This document shows positions 1-9,780 of a stretch of DNA of 64,000 nt, in pieces (the first letter of the stretch is position 1; each line of letters opens with the position of its first letter). The DNA comes from Patescibacteria group bacterium (lineage in GTDB: Bacteria; Patescibacteriota; Patescibacteriia; Magasanikbacterales; GWA2-37-8). Position numbers and translations under genes: made by a program. The DNA lies in the NCBI GenBank assembly GCA_041661385.1, contig JBAZUP010000001.1:81692-145691 (forward strand). The letters run 5' to 3'. The notes under the pieces are model-generated. The model was given only the letters and a program-made list of their open reading frames with translations. It was not told the origin of the DNA and searched no databases.

Positions 1-79
1 AAAAAGAAAAAAACGGAAATGAATTCATTTCAGGAAAATCTTTCACGTTCTGGTGACAAGATGAAATCTTCAACTTAAT

Positions 80-493
80 ATGGAATGTAAAATTTTTCAA
101 TTTAAATCTTTTAATGATCGAGGTTATAATCTTACTCCGGTTGAATTAAAAGATTCGGTACCGTTTGAAGTAAAACGTCTGTATTTTATGGATCTTGGAT
201 CAGGCGCTGCGACTAATCAGCATAGTCATAAATTGGAGGAAGAAGTATTTATCCAGGTAAAAGGTTCTTCAACTATCGTAATTGATAAGGGAAATGGTAA
301 AGAAGAGATTAAATTAAGTGGCGCGGGTTCGGCAATATATGTACCGGCTTATGTCTGGCACGGCTTTAAAGCCGGATCATCTGATTGTATAATTCTTGCG
401 CTTTCCTCGACAAATTATAGTTCCGATCGTACCGATTATTTGGAGGATTATGATGAATATCTGAAAATTCGAAAAGCCATATTAAAGGTATGA
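80..493 (+). CDS. dTDP-sugar 3,4-ketoisomerase-like cupin (FdtA/WxcM-like)
   Basis: 137-aa cupin-like protein; C-terminal '...SSDCIILALSSTNYSSDRTDYLEDYDEYLK' resembles FdtA/WxcM C-terminal region; stop overlaps start of the rmlD-like gene. Confidence 0.55.
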   Translation: MECKIFQFKSFNDRGYNLTPVELKDSVPFEVKRLYFMDLGSGAATNQHSHKLEEEVFIQVKGSSTIVIDKGNGKEEIKLSGAGSAIYVPAYVWHGFKAGSSDCIILALSSTNYSSDRTDYLEDYDEYLKIRKAILKV

Positions 494-1338
494 AAAAGGT
501 ACTTGTCCTTGGTTCAGAAGGTTTGCTTGGTTCTGCAATAGTCGCCGGTTTTACTGGCGATTTTTTCGTTACAGCGTGGGATAAATCTGAATTAGATGTG
601 ACAAATAAAAATGAAGTTTTAGGTAAAATTATCGCATTAGCGCCTGATTATATAATAAATGCTACCGCTTATAATGGAGTGGATCAAGCCGAGAAGGATG
701 AACAGTCGGCTTCGCTCGCTAATAAAATAAATTGTGAAGCGGTTGGTTATTTGGCCGAAGCGGCATATAAAGTCGGCGCGCCGATTGTTCATTTCTCAAC
801 TGATTATGTTTTTGCCGGAGATAGCGGAAGCGGTTATGATGAAGCTGCCAAACCTTCGCCGATTAATAAATATGGAAAATCTAAAGCAGATGGAGAGAAA
901 ATATTAATGGAAAAAACTAATAAATATTATTTAGTGCGATTATCAAGAATGTTTGGTCCGCCCGGCAAAAGTGCAGCCGCTAAAAAAAGTTTTGTTGATC
1001 AAATTATCGCGTCTGCAAAAGGTAAAGAGGAAATGAAGTTGGTAGATGAAGAATTTAGTTGCGCGACTTATAGTATTGATTTAGCAAAGTTTGTAAAAAA
1101 ACTCATTTCTACATCTGCTCCATTTGGTATTTATCACGGCGCGAATAGCGGAGTAAGCACCTGGTATACCATGACTAAAGAAATTTTTCGAATAAAAAAT
1201 ATTGATGTAAAATTATTGCCAATAAAAAGCAGTGATTTTCCGCGTGTCGCTAAACGCCCGCATTATTCCGAGCTTATTAATTCCAAATTACCAATACAGC
1301 GGACATGGCAAGAAGCTTTGGAGGAATATTTAAAATGA
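490..1338 (+). CDS. rmlD: dTDP-4-dehydrorhamnose reductase (RmlD family)
   Basis: N-terminal Rossmann motif VLVLGSEGLLGSAIV; overall length and sequence pattern typical of RmlD. Confidence 0.75.
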   Translation: MKKVLVLGSEGLLGSAIVAGFTGDFFVTAWDKSELDVTNKNEVLGKIIALAPDYIINATAYNGVDQAEKDEQSASLANKINCEAVGYLAEAAYKVGAPIVHFSTDYVFAGDSGSGYDEAAKPSPINKYGKSKADGEKILMEKTNKYYLVRLSRMFGPPGKSAAAKKSFVDQIIASAKGKEEMKLVDEEFSCATYSIDLAKFVKKLISTSAPFGIYHGANSGVSTWYTMTKEIFRIKNIDVKLLPIKSSDFPRVAKRPHYSELINSKLPIQRTWQEALEEYLK

Positions 1339-1436
1339 TAATTAGTTAAAAGCTATTTCGTTTTTAAGGGTAACCAATTGAATTAATCATGTGGTTTTCG
1401 TTGGAAATGAACGAGGTATTTACGAGGGGGGTCCAA

Positions 1437-1901
1437 ATGTTTACCGCAATTTGCGTGGTAATAGTAATCGCTTTTGTGATTACTATGGTCAGCAGTCATG
1501 TGGGAAACGAAGTTGTTGAGAGCGGGTCAGATTGGGGTCACGCAATTAGTGTGGGCGGTTTTATCGGCAGCATGGCATTTTTGTTGGTGTTTGGACATCT
1601 CAGCCAGTCTTGGGCAGAGACACCATCGAATTTGGCGGGACTGTCTATGCCGTTTACACCATTGTATGCGCCTTCAACCGAATTTGTGATTTACGCTCCG
1701 GCCGGATGCGTGGTCTATTTCAAGACGGAGTCAGATCATATTCGGCCGGTAAAAAGCAACGGCAAGGAAATTTTTTTTGAAAAAAACGAAAATTCCGCGT
1801 TGCTCTACGGCCAAAAGTGTATTTGGCAGTTCAAAGTCGTTGGCCCAAGGCAAGCGAGTCATGAGTATGACCAAAGGGTCTCTGTGGTTATTCGAATCTA
1901 G
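1437..1901 (+). CDS. hypothetical membrane-anchored protein (GC-richer, SD-bearing)
   Basis: ORF 1389..1901 trimmed to ATG at 1437 preceded by GAGGGGGG SD; N-terminal hydrophobic helix; followed by structured element copy A. Confidence 0.4.
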   Translation: MFTAICVVIVIAFVITMVSSHVGNEVVESGSDWGHAISVGGFIGSMAFLLVFGHLSQSWAETPSNLAGLSMPFTPLYAPSTEFVIYAPAGCVVYFKTESDHIRPVKSNGKEIFFEKNENSALLYGQKCIWQFKVVGPRQASHEYDQRVSVVIRI

Positions 1902-1910
1902 AGATAAGAA

Positions 1911-2036
1911 GTAAAATATACGGGGGGTGGTAAGAAGTTCGCTACCACCAACCGTTTTGTTCATAAGGTTTGTGAATAAAACGGTAGCGAGCTTCATAAT
2001 TAAAAACATCCAGGTTATTTCTGGATGTTTTTAATT
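1911..2036 (+). ncRNA. conserved structured 3' RNA element, copy A (two alternative hairpins plus intrinsic terminator)
   Basis: ~70% identical to 17497..17628 with compensatory changes in all three stems (ggtggta/taccacc vs ggtggc/gccacc; catccag/ctggatg vs cctccg/cggagg). Confidence 0.45.
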
Positions 2037-3793
2037 ATATCTTTTACCATTAGTTGCAGTTCTCGGTTTCCATTCCATTCGTTTACGCTGACTGAAAATG
2101 CTAGGTCAATAATGTCACCAGGTTTGAGTGAAACACTCCAGTTGGCCGGATGTTTTTCGGCATTGCCAAATCCAAAAGCAATTGTTTTTCGAATAATGTG
2201 AGAGTTGTGTTTAACCATGAGGCGTAGGTGTTTGTTGTCTTTGCCGACGGTTTCTACCGATGTAACTGTTAAACCTCTTGCTGCATAAACTGGTTCATCG
2301 TTCGCAGTTCCGAATGGTTCAAATTTTTGAAGAATGTCATAAAGTTTCCAGCTAACATCTTCGAGACTTACCTCGGCATCAATCTTTAACTGCGGGCTAA
2401 GATCAAGGTCTTTGGTACCCTCTTTTGCTTTCTCAAGCATTGCCTCTTTAAAAGCGGGTAGTTTGTCCGGTAAAATTGAAAAACCGCACGCTTGTGGATG
2501 GCCGCCAAATTTTTCAAGGTATTTAGAAAGGGCCTGCAGGTTAGCGATAATATTAAAACCCGGAACACTTCGCCCGGAAGCAACTACCATTTTTTCACTT
2601 ACTCCCATTACTAAGATCGGTTTATAAAATTCATCTTTCAGTTTGCTAGCAACTAAACCAAGAATTCCCGCACTCCAATTTTCACCTTCAATAAAAATTA
2701 TCGGGTTGTTTTCTTGTTCTGTTTTCTTAATTTGTTTGCGGGCTTCTTTGAGAAGTTTTTCGGTAAGTTTTTGACGATCGATATTATTTTGCTGAAGTTG
2801 ATCGGCCAATTCTGAAGCTTTTTCATTCGTCTCAGCCATTAGCAGGGCGTAAGCAAAATTCGCGTGATCCATTCTTCCGGCAGCGTTAATTCTCGGCGCA
2901 ATCTGAAAACCAATTGTCTCGGTATTAAAAGTTCGTTTAGGTTTATCATTTTCATCGAGTAGTCCGGCAATAGCAAGTAATTTTCTTAATCCGGCATTAC
3001 GAGATTTGTTCAATACAGTAAGACCGTATCGTACCAGTGTCCGAGATTCGCCAATAAGCGGAACCATATCAGCAACGGTAGAAATAGAAACCAGATCCAA
3101 AAGCCATTTTTCAAATGCCTCATGTCTTTCGCCGTCTGGTAATAGATCATTGTTTTTGTGGTGTTCAATTAAAAGCGCCTGGATTAATTTAAAAGCAACT
3201 CCACCTCCTGAAAGTGAACGGTCGGGGTAGGTTTCACCGGGAACCAGTGGGTGGATAATTGCGTCCGCGGGCGGAAAGATTGCCGGCATCGCGTGGTGAT
3301 CGGTAATAATTACATTCATCCCCAATTCTTTTGCAAGGGCTACTTCGGCAGTGTTAGAAATACCGCAGTCGCAGGTTATTATTAAATTGGTTTTTTCTTT
3401 GTTAAGAAACTTAATTGTGTTTTTATTAAGACCATAACCGTCAATTTCTCGGTGGGGGATAAAGACGCTGTAATTATTACAGCCAAGTTTTTTGAGTGTG
3501 GTGATAATAATCGCGGAAGCGCAGACGCCATCTGCGTCATAATCACCATGAACGGTGATTTTCTCTCCTTTTTTTATTGCATTGAATATAAGTTCGATCG
3601 CTTTTTTCATGTCCTTAAATAAAAAAGGATCATGAATATCGCCGAGGTAATCGGGGTTAAGAAATTCATCAATTTGTTTTGTGGTGCGCAAGCCTCGATT
3701 CCAAAGTAGGGTGCAGGCGATCGGTAAAAGTTCGGGGTGTTCAGCCAAAAAACTTGACGGAGGTGGCGCCGCTATCAACCATTTTTTTTGCAT
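2015..3793 (-). CDS. recJ: single-stranded-DNA-specific exonuclease RecJ
   Basis: DHH motifs (HGDYDADGVCASAI, CDCGISN, ITDHH) and DHHA1-like C-terminus; ORF tool start is TTG at 3823, ATG at 3793 preferred. Confidence 0.9.
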   Translation of the reverse strand: MQKKWLIAAPPPSSFLAEHPELLPIACTLLWNRGLRTTKQIDEFLNPDYLGDIHDPFLFKDMKKAIELIFNAIKKGEKITVHGDYDADGVCASAIIITTLKKLGCNNYSVFIPHREIDGYGLNKNTIKFLNKEKTNLIITCDCGISNTAEVALAKELGMNVIITDHHAMPAIFPPADAIIHPLVPGETYPDRSLSGGGVAFKLIQALLIEHHKNNDLLPDGERHEAFEKWLLDLVSISTVADMVPLIGESRTLVRYGLTVLNKSRNAGLRKLLAIAGLLDENDKPKRTFNTETIGFQIAPRINAAGRMDHANFAYALLMAETNEKASELADQLQQNNIDRQKLTEKLLKEARKQIKKTEQENNPIIFIEGENWSAGILGLVASKLKDEFYKPILVMGVSEKMVVASGRSVPGFNIIANLQALSKYLEKFGGHPQACGFSILPDKLPAFKEAMLEKAKEGTKDLDLSPQLKIDAEVSLEDVSWKLYDILQKFEPFGTANDEPVYAARGLTVTSVETVGKDNKHLRLMVKHNSHIIRKTIAFGFGNAEKHPANWSVSLKPGDIIDLAFSVSVNEWNGNRELQLMVKDIIKNIQK

Positions 3794-3797
3794 ATTA

Positions 3798-3899
3798 TTA
3801 TTTGCCTTGAAAAGCTGGAGCAATCGTAAAGAAGATCATGGCGATTATACCTATAAACGCCCCAATCGCGACTAATATTTTTTTTGATTTTTTTTTCAT
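3798..3899 (-). CDS. small hydrophobic peptide (33 aa) immediately upstream of recJ
   Basis: ATG..TAA ORF MKKKSKKILVAIGAFIGIIAMIFFTIAPAFQGK; single predicted TM helix; not in ORF track (<60 aa). Confidence 0.25.
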   Translation of the reverse strand: MKKKSKKILVAIGAFIGIIAMIFFTIAPAFQGK

Positions 3900-3915
3900 A
3901 CGTAATTAATCGTGG

Positions 3916-5724
3916 TTATCTTTTTAATACCGCTAAATATGCCTCGGTGGGAATATCTACTTTGCCGTGCTGTAACATTCTAGATTTGCCCTTTTTTTGT
4001 TTTTGAAGCAGTTTCATCTTGCGGGTATAGTCACCACCGCTCATTTTGGCAAGCACGTCTTTGCGTAAAGCGGACAATCTTTCCGAAGCGATTACTTTTC
4101 CGCCGATTGTTGCTTGGATTTTTAGGACGAATTGTTGTTTTGGAAGTGATTCTTTAAGCGATTCGACAATTTTTTTACCAACCGAATAAGCATCTTCTTT
4201 CCAAACGAGCGTCGAGAGTGCTTCAACCGGTTCGTCCGCAACCAAAATATCAAGTTTTACTACTTCAGTCGGTTCGTAGTCAATAAATTCGTAATTCATT
4301 GAAGCGTAACCCGATGTGACTGTTTTTAGCTTATCATAAAAATCTGTGATGAGCGAGGAAAGTGGTATCTCATAGTGTAATAAGGCTCGTTGGTCGTTTC
4401 CAGTCGAAAGATATTCAGTGGTTTTATAGCGGCCTTTGCGTTCGGAAACTAATCCCATTACACCGCCAACATAATCTTTAGGTGTAATTATATCAAGTGT
4501 CATCCAAGGCTCCTCAATTTTTAAGATGCTTGCAGTTGGTGGCAAAGCTTGCGGGCTATAAACCCGCATTTCTTCATTGTTTGTTTTGGTAACTTGGTAA
4601 GATACGCTCGGTACGGTGATGATGATATTTAAATCATGTTCACGCTTTAATCGTTCTTGAAATATATCTAAGTGTAACATGCCCAAAAATCCACAACGGA
4701 AGCCGAAGCCGAGCGCGGTAGAATGTTCCGGTTCGTATATTAAGGAAGAGTCGCTTAGTTTTAATTTATCAATCGCGTCTCGAAGAGCCTGATAAGCATC
4801 ACCCTCTTTTGGAAAGATTCCGGCATAAACCATCGGTTTAACTTCGGTATATCCCGGTAAGGCTTCCTTGGTAGATAATTTTTTTTCGGCATTCAAGGTG
4901 GTAATCGTGTCGCCAACCCGGCAATCACGGACTTCCTTGAGTCCGGTTGCAATATAGCCAATTTCACCATTGGCAATTTTTTCTGCCGGTCGAAACTTGG
5001 GAGTGTAATAACCAATTTCCAAAATTTCCGCGTCGGCACCGGTAGAAATTAAATTTATTTTATCGCCTTTTTTTAATTCGCCATCAACCACTCGCACCGA
5101 AGCCACGACTCCTTTATATTCATTAAAAAGCGAATCAAAGATTAGGGCTCGTGGTGGGTTGTCTTTGTTATTTTTTGGCGGAGGAACACGTTCAATAACT
5201 GTTTTTAATATTTCTTCCACGCCTTGTCCGCTTTTTCCGGAGGCGAGTAGAATTTCTTCTTCGCTGCAACCAATCAAGTGAACAATTTCTGCCATGGTTT
5301 TTTCAATATTTGCAATCGGCATGTCAATTTTATTGATTACCGGAATGATGGTCAGGTTTTGCTCAAGAGCGAGGTATAGGTTGCCGATGGTTTGAGCCTG
5401 AACACCTTGGGTTGCATCTACGAGCAGTATCGCGCCCTCTACGGCGGCGAGAGAACGGGAAACTTCGTAGTTGAAATCCACGTGTCCTGGAGTATCAATG
5501 AGATTCAAAATGTAGTCCTCTCCGTTATTTTTATATTTCATCCGCACGGGAGTAAGTTTTATGGTAATGCCACGTTCACGTTCTAGATCCATCGAATCAA
5601 GAAGTTGGCTTTTCATATCACGCTCTGAAACGGTTTTTGTCAGTTCCAAAAATCGATCAGCCAAGGTAGATTTACCGTGATCAATATGCGCGATTATACA
5701 AAAATTCCGGATGTTGTTATTCAT
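3916..5724 (-). CDS. lepA: elongation factor 4 (LepA)
   Basis: G1 motif IIAHIDHGKST, DTPGH, NKID; start moved to MNNNIRNF to avoid 23-nt overlap with murJ. Confidence 0.95.
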   Translation of the reverse strand: MNNNIRNFCIIAHIDHGKSTLADRFLELTKTVSERDMKSQLLDSMDLERERGITIKLTPVRMKYKNNGEDYILNLIDTPGHVDFNYEVSRSLAAVEGAILLVDATQGVQAQTIGNLYLALEQNLTIIPVINKIDMPIANIEKTMAEIVHLIGCSEEEILLASGKSGQGVEEILKTVIERVPPPKNNKDNPPRALIFDSLFNEYKGVVASVRVVDGELKKGDKINLISTGADAEILEIGYYTPKFRPAEKIANGEIGYIATGLKEVRDCRVGDTITTLNAEKKLSTKEALPGYTEVKPMVYAGIFPKEGDAYQALRDAIDKLKLSDSSLIYEPEHSTALGFGFRCGFLGMLHLDIFQERLKREHDLNIIITVPSVSYQVTKTNNEEMRVYSPQALPPTASILKIEEPWMTLDIITPKDYVGGVMGLVSERKGRYKTTEYLSTGNDQRALLHYEIPLSSLITDFYDKLKTVTSGYASMNYEFIDYEPTEVVKLDILVADEPVEALSTLVWKEDAYSVGKKIVESLKESLPKQQFVLKIQATIGGKVIASERLSALRKDVLAKMSGGDYTRKMKLLQKQKKGKSRMLQHGKVDIPTEAYLAVLKR

Positions 5725-5728
5725 AAAA

Positions 5729-7348
5729 TCAAAGTTTTTCTGCCTGATCAATTCCTTCGCCGATATTCCAAAGTCGAAGCCAACGCTTTTTAAAGCTGTT
5801 TTTTAAATGGATCATTTCATCTACCCGTAAGACCGTACAAATAAAACCATAAGCAAGAATGCCAACGAGCGCCGCGATTAATCCTTGCATTAAAATTCCC
5901 CAGAAATAATGCTGATCGAATATTTGAGCAAGGGGGTATTTTAAATATTGAATAATTATTCCCATCACTAATGCGGCAACAGAAGTTTTTAGAATAAGCG
6001 GAAGTAATTTATCATCAATAATTTCACGGACTTCTTTGCGCAGAAGTATTGCGAGAGCCGACATGTTTATTAATGCAGAAATCGATTTTGCTAGCGCGAG
6101 ACCGGCTACGCCAAGCGGTTTCATAAATAGCAATGCGCCAATAATACAAATTAATTCTGAAATAATACTAATGAGAAATGGCGTCATTGTATTGTTTAAA
6201 GAATAAAATGCACGCGCAAAAAGAGGAATAAGCGATTGGGCAAAAAGACTTAAAGTAAAAAAAGCGAGAGTGTCGGCGGTTTGAATGGTGGCGTTCCAAT
6301 CAAAAGCTCCGGTACCGAGTACGACGCGGGTTATTTGAGCGCGTAGCAATAAGAAGCAAACTGAAAGTGGAATTACTAAAAAAAGGATTTGCCTAACAGT
6401 GGAAGATATGAGAGCACCAAATTCACCTCGATTTTCAGGAGATGTAAGCCGCGACAAAATTGGAAATACCGCGAGCGCAAATGGAATGCCGATAATGCCG
6501 GTTGGCACATCCTGTAAATTGTTCGCGTAGTTAAAAATAGCAACACTGCCAAGCGGTAAAAATGATGCGATTACGGTAATTACAACGGTGTTAATTTGAT
6601 TTACTGCTAAACCAAAAGTACGCGGAAGCATTAGTTTGCCGATTAATCTCGTATCCGGATCTTTTAAATTAAAATGCCAATGCCAGCGGTAGCCATTTTT
6701 GATTACGCCATAAATCTGAACCGATAAATGGAGCAGGGATCCAAAAGCTACACCCCAAGCGAGACCGGCAATACCTAAAAATTTTGTAAAAAAAACTATT
6801 CCAATAATGATACCGAAATTGTAAAAAATAGGAGCGATAGAGTAGAGGAGGAATTGTCTTAGTGATTGAAGTACGCCGCCGATAACCATGGAAATACCAA
6901 GTAGAAAAGGCGAAATAAGCATGATGCGGGTGAAAGTATTTACCAATTTAAGCTGCTCGGGCGGAAAACCAGGAGCAACTATTTTTACTAGAAAAGGAGA
7001 AAAAATAATTCCCAGCCCACCAAGTATTAGCAAGGCTACTCCGACAATTGAAATAATGTTGTTTGTCAGCTTCCAAGCTTTAGATTTATCTTCCGATTCA
7101 TAAAACAATCGGGTAAAGGTTGGAATAAATCCAGCCGTAAGAGCGCCGGCAATAAGTAGGCTGTAAATTAAATCGGGAATTTTAAAAGCTGCATAATAAG
7201 CGTCCATGACTGAACCGGCGCCAAAAAAATGCGCGAAGGTTCGGTCGCGGATAATGCCGATTAAACGGCTGAGTAAGGTCGCGGTAGAAATTAAAATGGC
7301 CGCTCCAGTTACTGATTTTGAATCTGGGCTAAATAATCGTTTAAGCAT
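5729..7348 (-). CDS. murJ: lipid II flippase MurJ (MviN)
   Basis: ~14 TM polytopic protein, N-terminal GAGSVMDAYYAAFKIPD motif typical of MurJ. Confidence 0.85.
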   Translation of the reverse strand: MLKRLFSPDSKSVTGAAILISTATLLSRLIGIIRDRTFAHFFGAGSVMDAYYAAFKIPDLIYSLLIAGALTAGFIPTFTRLFYESEDKSKAWKLTNNIISIVGVALLILGGLGIIFSPFLVKIVAPGFPPEQLKLVNTFTRIMLISPFLLGISMVIGGVLQSLRQFLLYSIAPIFYNFGIIIGIVFFTKFLGIAGLAWGVAFGSLLHLSVQIYGVIKNGYRWHWHFNLKDPDTRLIGKLMLPRTFGLAVNQINTVVITVIASFLPLGSVAIFNYANNLQDVPTGIIGIPFALAVFPILSRLTSPENRGEFGALISSTVRQILFLVIPLSVCFLLLRAQITRVVLGTGAFDWNATIQTADTLAFFTLSLFAQSLIPLFARAFYSLNNTMTPFLISIISELICIIGALLFMKPLGVAGLALAKSISALINMSALAILLRKEVREIIDDKLLPLILKTSVAALVMGIIIQYLKYPLAQIFDQHYFWGILMQGLIAALVGILAYGFICTVLRVDEMIHLKNSFKKRWLRLWNIGEGIDQAEKL

Positions 7349-7349
7349 G

Positions 7350-8042
7350 TTATTTATTTTCGGGCGGATTTTTAAACCAAGGCGGAATATTCACGGTTAA
7401 AGCCGCATAATCGGTGCCCGGGTGATCTTCTAAGTCTGTTTCAGTAAGAAGGGTGCCACTAATACCGTCGCCACTTTCAAAAGAAAATTGTAAAGTGTTG
7501 CCATTTTGTTCAACTTCAGAAATGGTAAAGTTTTCTTTGCTTAGTTCTTTGCGATAATAAGAAATAATAAAACCCGGTTCAGCATCAATTGATTTCCATT
7601 CGATTTGAATTGTGTCGCGGGCGTCGCCAACCGGAGTTGTAAGCAGGCTCCAGAAACTTCGGTTCGCGGCAATAAATCCTCCAGAAGAACTGGTGGAAGT
7701 TTCGCGTCGAAGCTGTAGAAGCATGGGGGAGAGAATTACTTTCGGAAAAAATGCGGCAATTTCGATGCTGCGATTTTTATAGGTTCCGGAAATAAAGGTG
7801 ATTTTTTCAATCGAATCTTTTTCATACACCGGTATTGCGGTCGGAAAATTATCGGGAAGTTTTTTTATAGTGGATGGTCCGGTGCCGACAAAAAAGCGCA
7901 GTGCGAGCAGTGCCCCGACAATTAAAAAAATAACGCACCCACAACCGGTCAGGCACGTCTTTTTGAGTGAGCTTCGTTGTTTGCTGAGTTCACCGATTGG
8001 CGGTTCGATGATCTCGATGTTTTCAATAACCGGTTTGCGCAT
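7350..8042 (-). CDS. hypothetical membrane-anchored protein
   Basis: single N-terminal TM (CLTGCGCVIFLIVGALLAL) then soluble domain; no recognisable motif. Confidence 0.4.
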   Translation of the reverse strand: MRKPVIENIEIIEPPIGELSKQRSSLKKTCLTGCGCVIFLIVGALLALRFFVGTGPSTIKKLPDNFPTAIPVYEKDSIEKITFISGTYKNRSIEIAAFFPKVILSPMLLQLRRETSTSSSGGFIAANRSFWSLLTTPVGDARDTIQIEWKSIDAEPGFIISYYRKELSKENFTISEVEQNGNTLQFSFESGDGISGTLLTETDLEDHPGTDYAALTVNIPPWFKNPPENK

Positions 8043-8169
8043 AAATAGCTATATTGATGTGAGCTATAATAACAGAAAATTACCTCTTTGTACAGGGTAA
8101 TAAATGAGTTATAAATTGCCCTTTTTTAGCCAAATTGGTATAATGAGTGTCTAATTTGATAATTATCAC

Positions 8170-9588
8170 ATGAAACTTACTTTTTTTGGCGCCGCCGGCG
8201 AAGTTACCGGTTCGTGTTCACTTTTAGAAACTGGTGAACATAAAATACTTATTGATTGTGGAATGTTTCAAGGTGGAGAGGGGAATGAACAAAAAAATCA
8301 AAATCCTTTACCATTTAGCCCGGCCGCGCTTACTGCGGTTTTAGTCACTCACGCTCACCTCGATCACGTTGGGCGATTGCCGCTTCTTACCAAGAACGGT
8401 TTTAAGGGTTTTATTTATGCTACTCCGCCAACTCGCGATTTAGCTCGCCTTATAATGGAGGATGCCTATGGAGTTATGGAATATGATCACCGAAAATTTG
8501 GCCGGCCGCTACTTTATGAAATGCGCGACGTTGAAAATGTCATGGCACAGTTTAAAACGGTTGATTATTATAAACCGCTGCAAATTTCACGAGGAAAAAA
8601 TCTTTTGCATCAGGTAAAAAAAATAATTAAAAAAAATAAACCAGCTGAAGATCCAAATTCAGTTACTGTTACATTCCATGATGCCGGGCATGTTTTTGGT
8701 TCGGCTTTTATTGAAATTGAATCCGAGGGAAAACGAGCGGTATTTTCCGGAGATGTTGGAAATGTTAGCGTTCCGATTTTGCGTGATACAGATTTATTGC
8801 CGAAAAATATCGATGTTTTAATTTGTGAATCTACCTATGGTGATCGAACTCATGAATCCTCCGATCGTCGAAAGGAGCTTTTAGAAGAGGCGATTAAAAA
8901 AACTATCAGTCAGGGCGGAGTTCTCATGATCCCATCCTTTGCTCTTGAACGTACCCAAGAATTGCTTTATACCCTAAACGATTTAATCGATCGTCATCAT
9001 GATCTCAAAAGAGTGCCAATATTTTTGGATAGTCCGCTCGCGATTGATGCCTTAAAAGTTTTTGAAAAATATCCGGAATATTATGATGAAGAAGCCGATA
9101 AATTTTATAATGACGGTGATGATTTGTTTAATTTTCCGGGTTTGGTTTTGACTTACACCCGAGATGAATCAATGAAAATTAATCATACTCCTAGCCCAAA
9201 AATAATTATCGCCGGTGCCGGCATGATGAATGGGGGAAGAATTTTACATCATGCCATGCGTTACTTATCGGATCATCGCAATACACTTTTGATTATTGGT
9301 TATCAGGCGCACGGCACTCTTGGCTGGCAATTATTAAACGGCCACACTCATGTTCAGATTCACGGCGAAAGCATTCCAGTTCATTGTGAAGTAAAAATGC
9401 TTAATGCTTTTTCTGCGCATGGCGATCGTAATAAACTAATTAAATGGATTGAAAATAATAGAAACAGTGTAAAAAAAGTTGTTCTAAATCATGGCGATCC
9501 GGATCAAACTAGTGCTTTCGCGAAGTCATTAAACGAATTAAAAATAGATGCAGTTGCGGCGGAGTTTAACAAAACCATGGAAATATAA
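8170..9588 (+). CDS. beta-CASP family MBL-fold ribonuclease (CPSF/Ysh1-like)
   Basis: HxHxDH motif HAHLDHVGRLP, later D and H residues of beta-CASP; 472 aa. Confidence 0.7.
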   Translation: MKLTFFGAAGEVTGSCSLLETGEHKILIDCGMFQGGEGNEQKNQNPLPFSPAALTAVLVTHAHLDHVGRLPLLTKNGFKGFIYATPPTRDLARLIMEDAYGVMEYDHRKFGRPLLYEMRDVENVMAQFKTVDYYKPLQISRGKNLLHQVKKIIKKNKPAEDPNSVTVTFHDAGHVFGSAFIEIESEGKRAVFSGDVGNVSVPILRDTDLLPKNIDVLICESTYGDRTHESSDRRKELLEEAIKKTISQGGVLMIPSFALERTQELLYTLNDLIDRHHDLKRVPIFLDSPLAIDALKVFEKYPEYYDEEADKFYNDGDDLFNFPGLVLTYTRDESMKINHTPSPKIIIAGAGMMNGGRILHHAMRYLSDHRNTLLIIGYQAHGTLGWQLLNGHTHVQIHGESIPVHCEVKMLNAFSAHGDRNKLIKWIENNRNSVKKVVLNHGDPDQTSAFAKSLNELKIDAVAAEFNKTMEI

Positions 9589-9603
9589 TAAAAAGTTAAA
9601 AAC

Positions 9604-9639
9604 AAGCCCTTTGCTTAATAAACAAAGGGCTTTTTTATT
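9604..9639 (+). terminator. intrinsic terminator after beta-CASP gene
   Basis: aagccctttg...caaagggctt hairpin followed by T-run. Confidence 0.6.
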
Positions 9640-9666
9640 TGTATTTTTAGCCTATTTTAAAGTTGT

Positions 9667-9760
9667 TTGACCTGTGGATAAATAGGTAAAAAAGTGTTGA
9701 CCGATGTGGAAGAGTGGAGTAAAATGGAGATAGGTGGTGAAAAGTGGTGAAAATGCTTGT
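9667..9760 (+). promoter_or_regulatory. mraZ promoter (TTGACC-17-TAAAAT) with GTGG direct repeats (MraZ-box-like operator)
   Basis: five GTGG copies including tandem GTGGTGAAAA x2 between -10 and mraZ start. Confidence 0.45.
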
Positions 9761-9780
9761 ATCACTAACAAAACCATCCC

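Noticed and set aside
1498-1689. 63-aa plus-strand ORF nested in another frame of the 1437..1901 gene
   Set aside because: Alternative-frame ORF inside a better-supported CDS; no start context.
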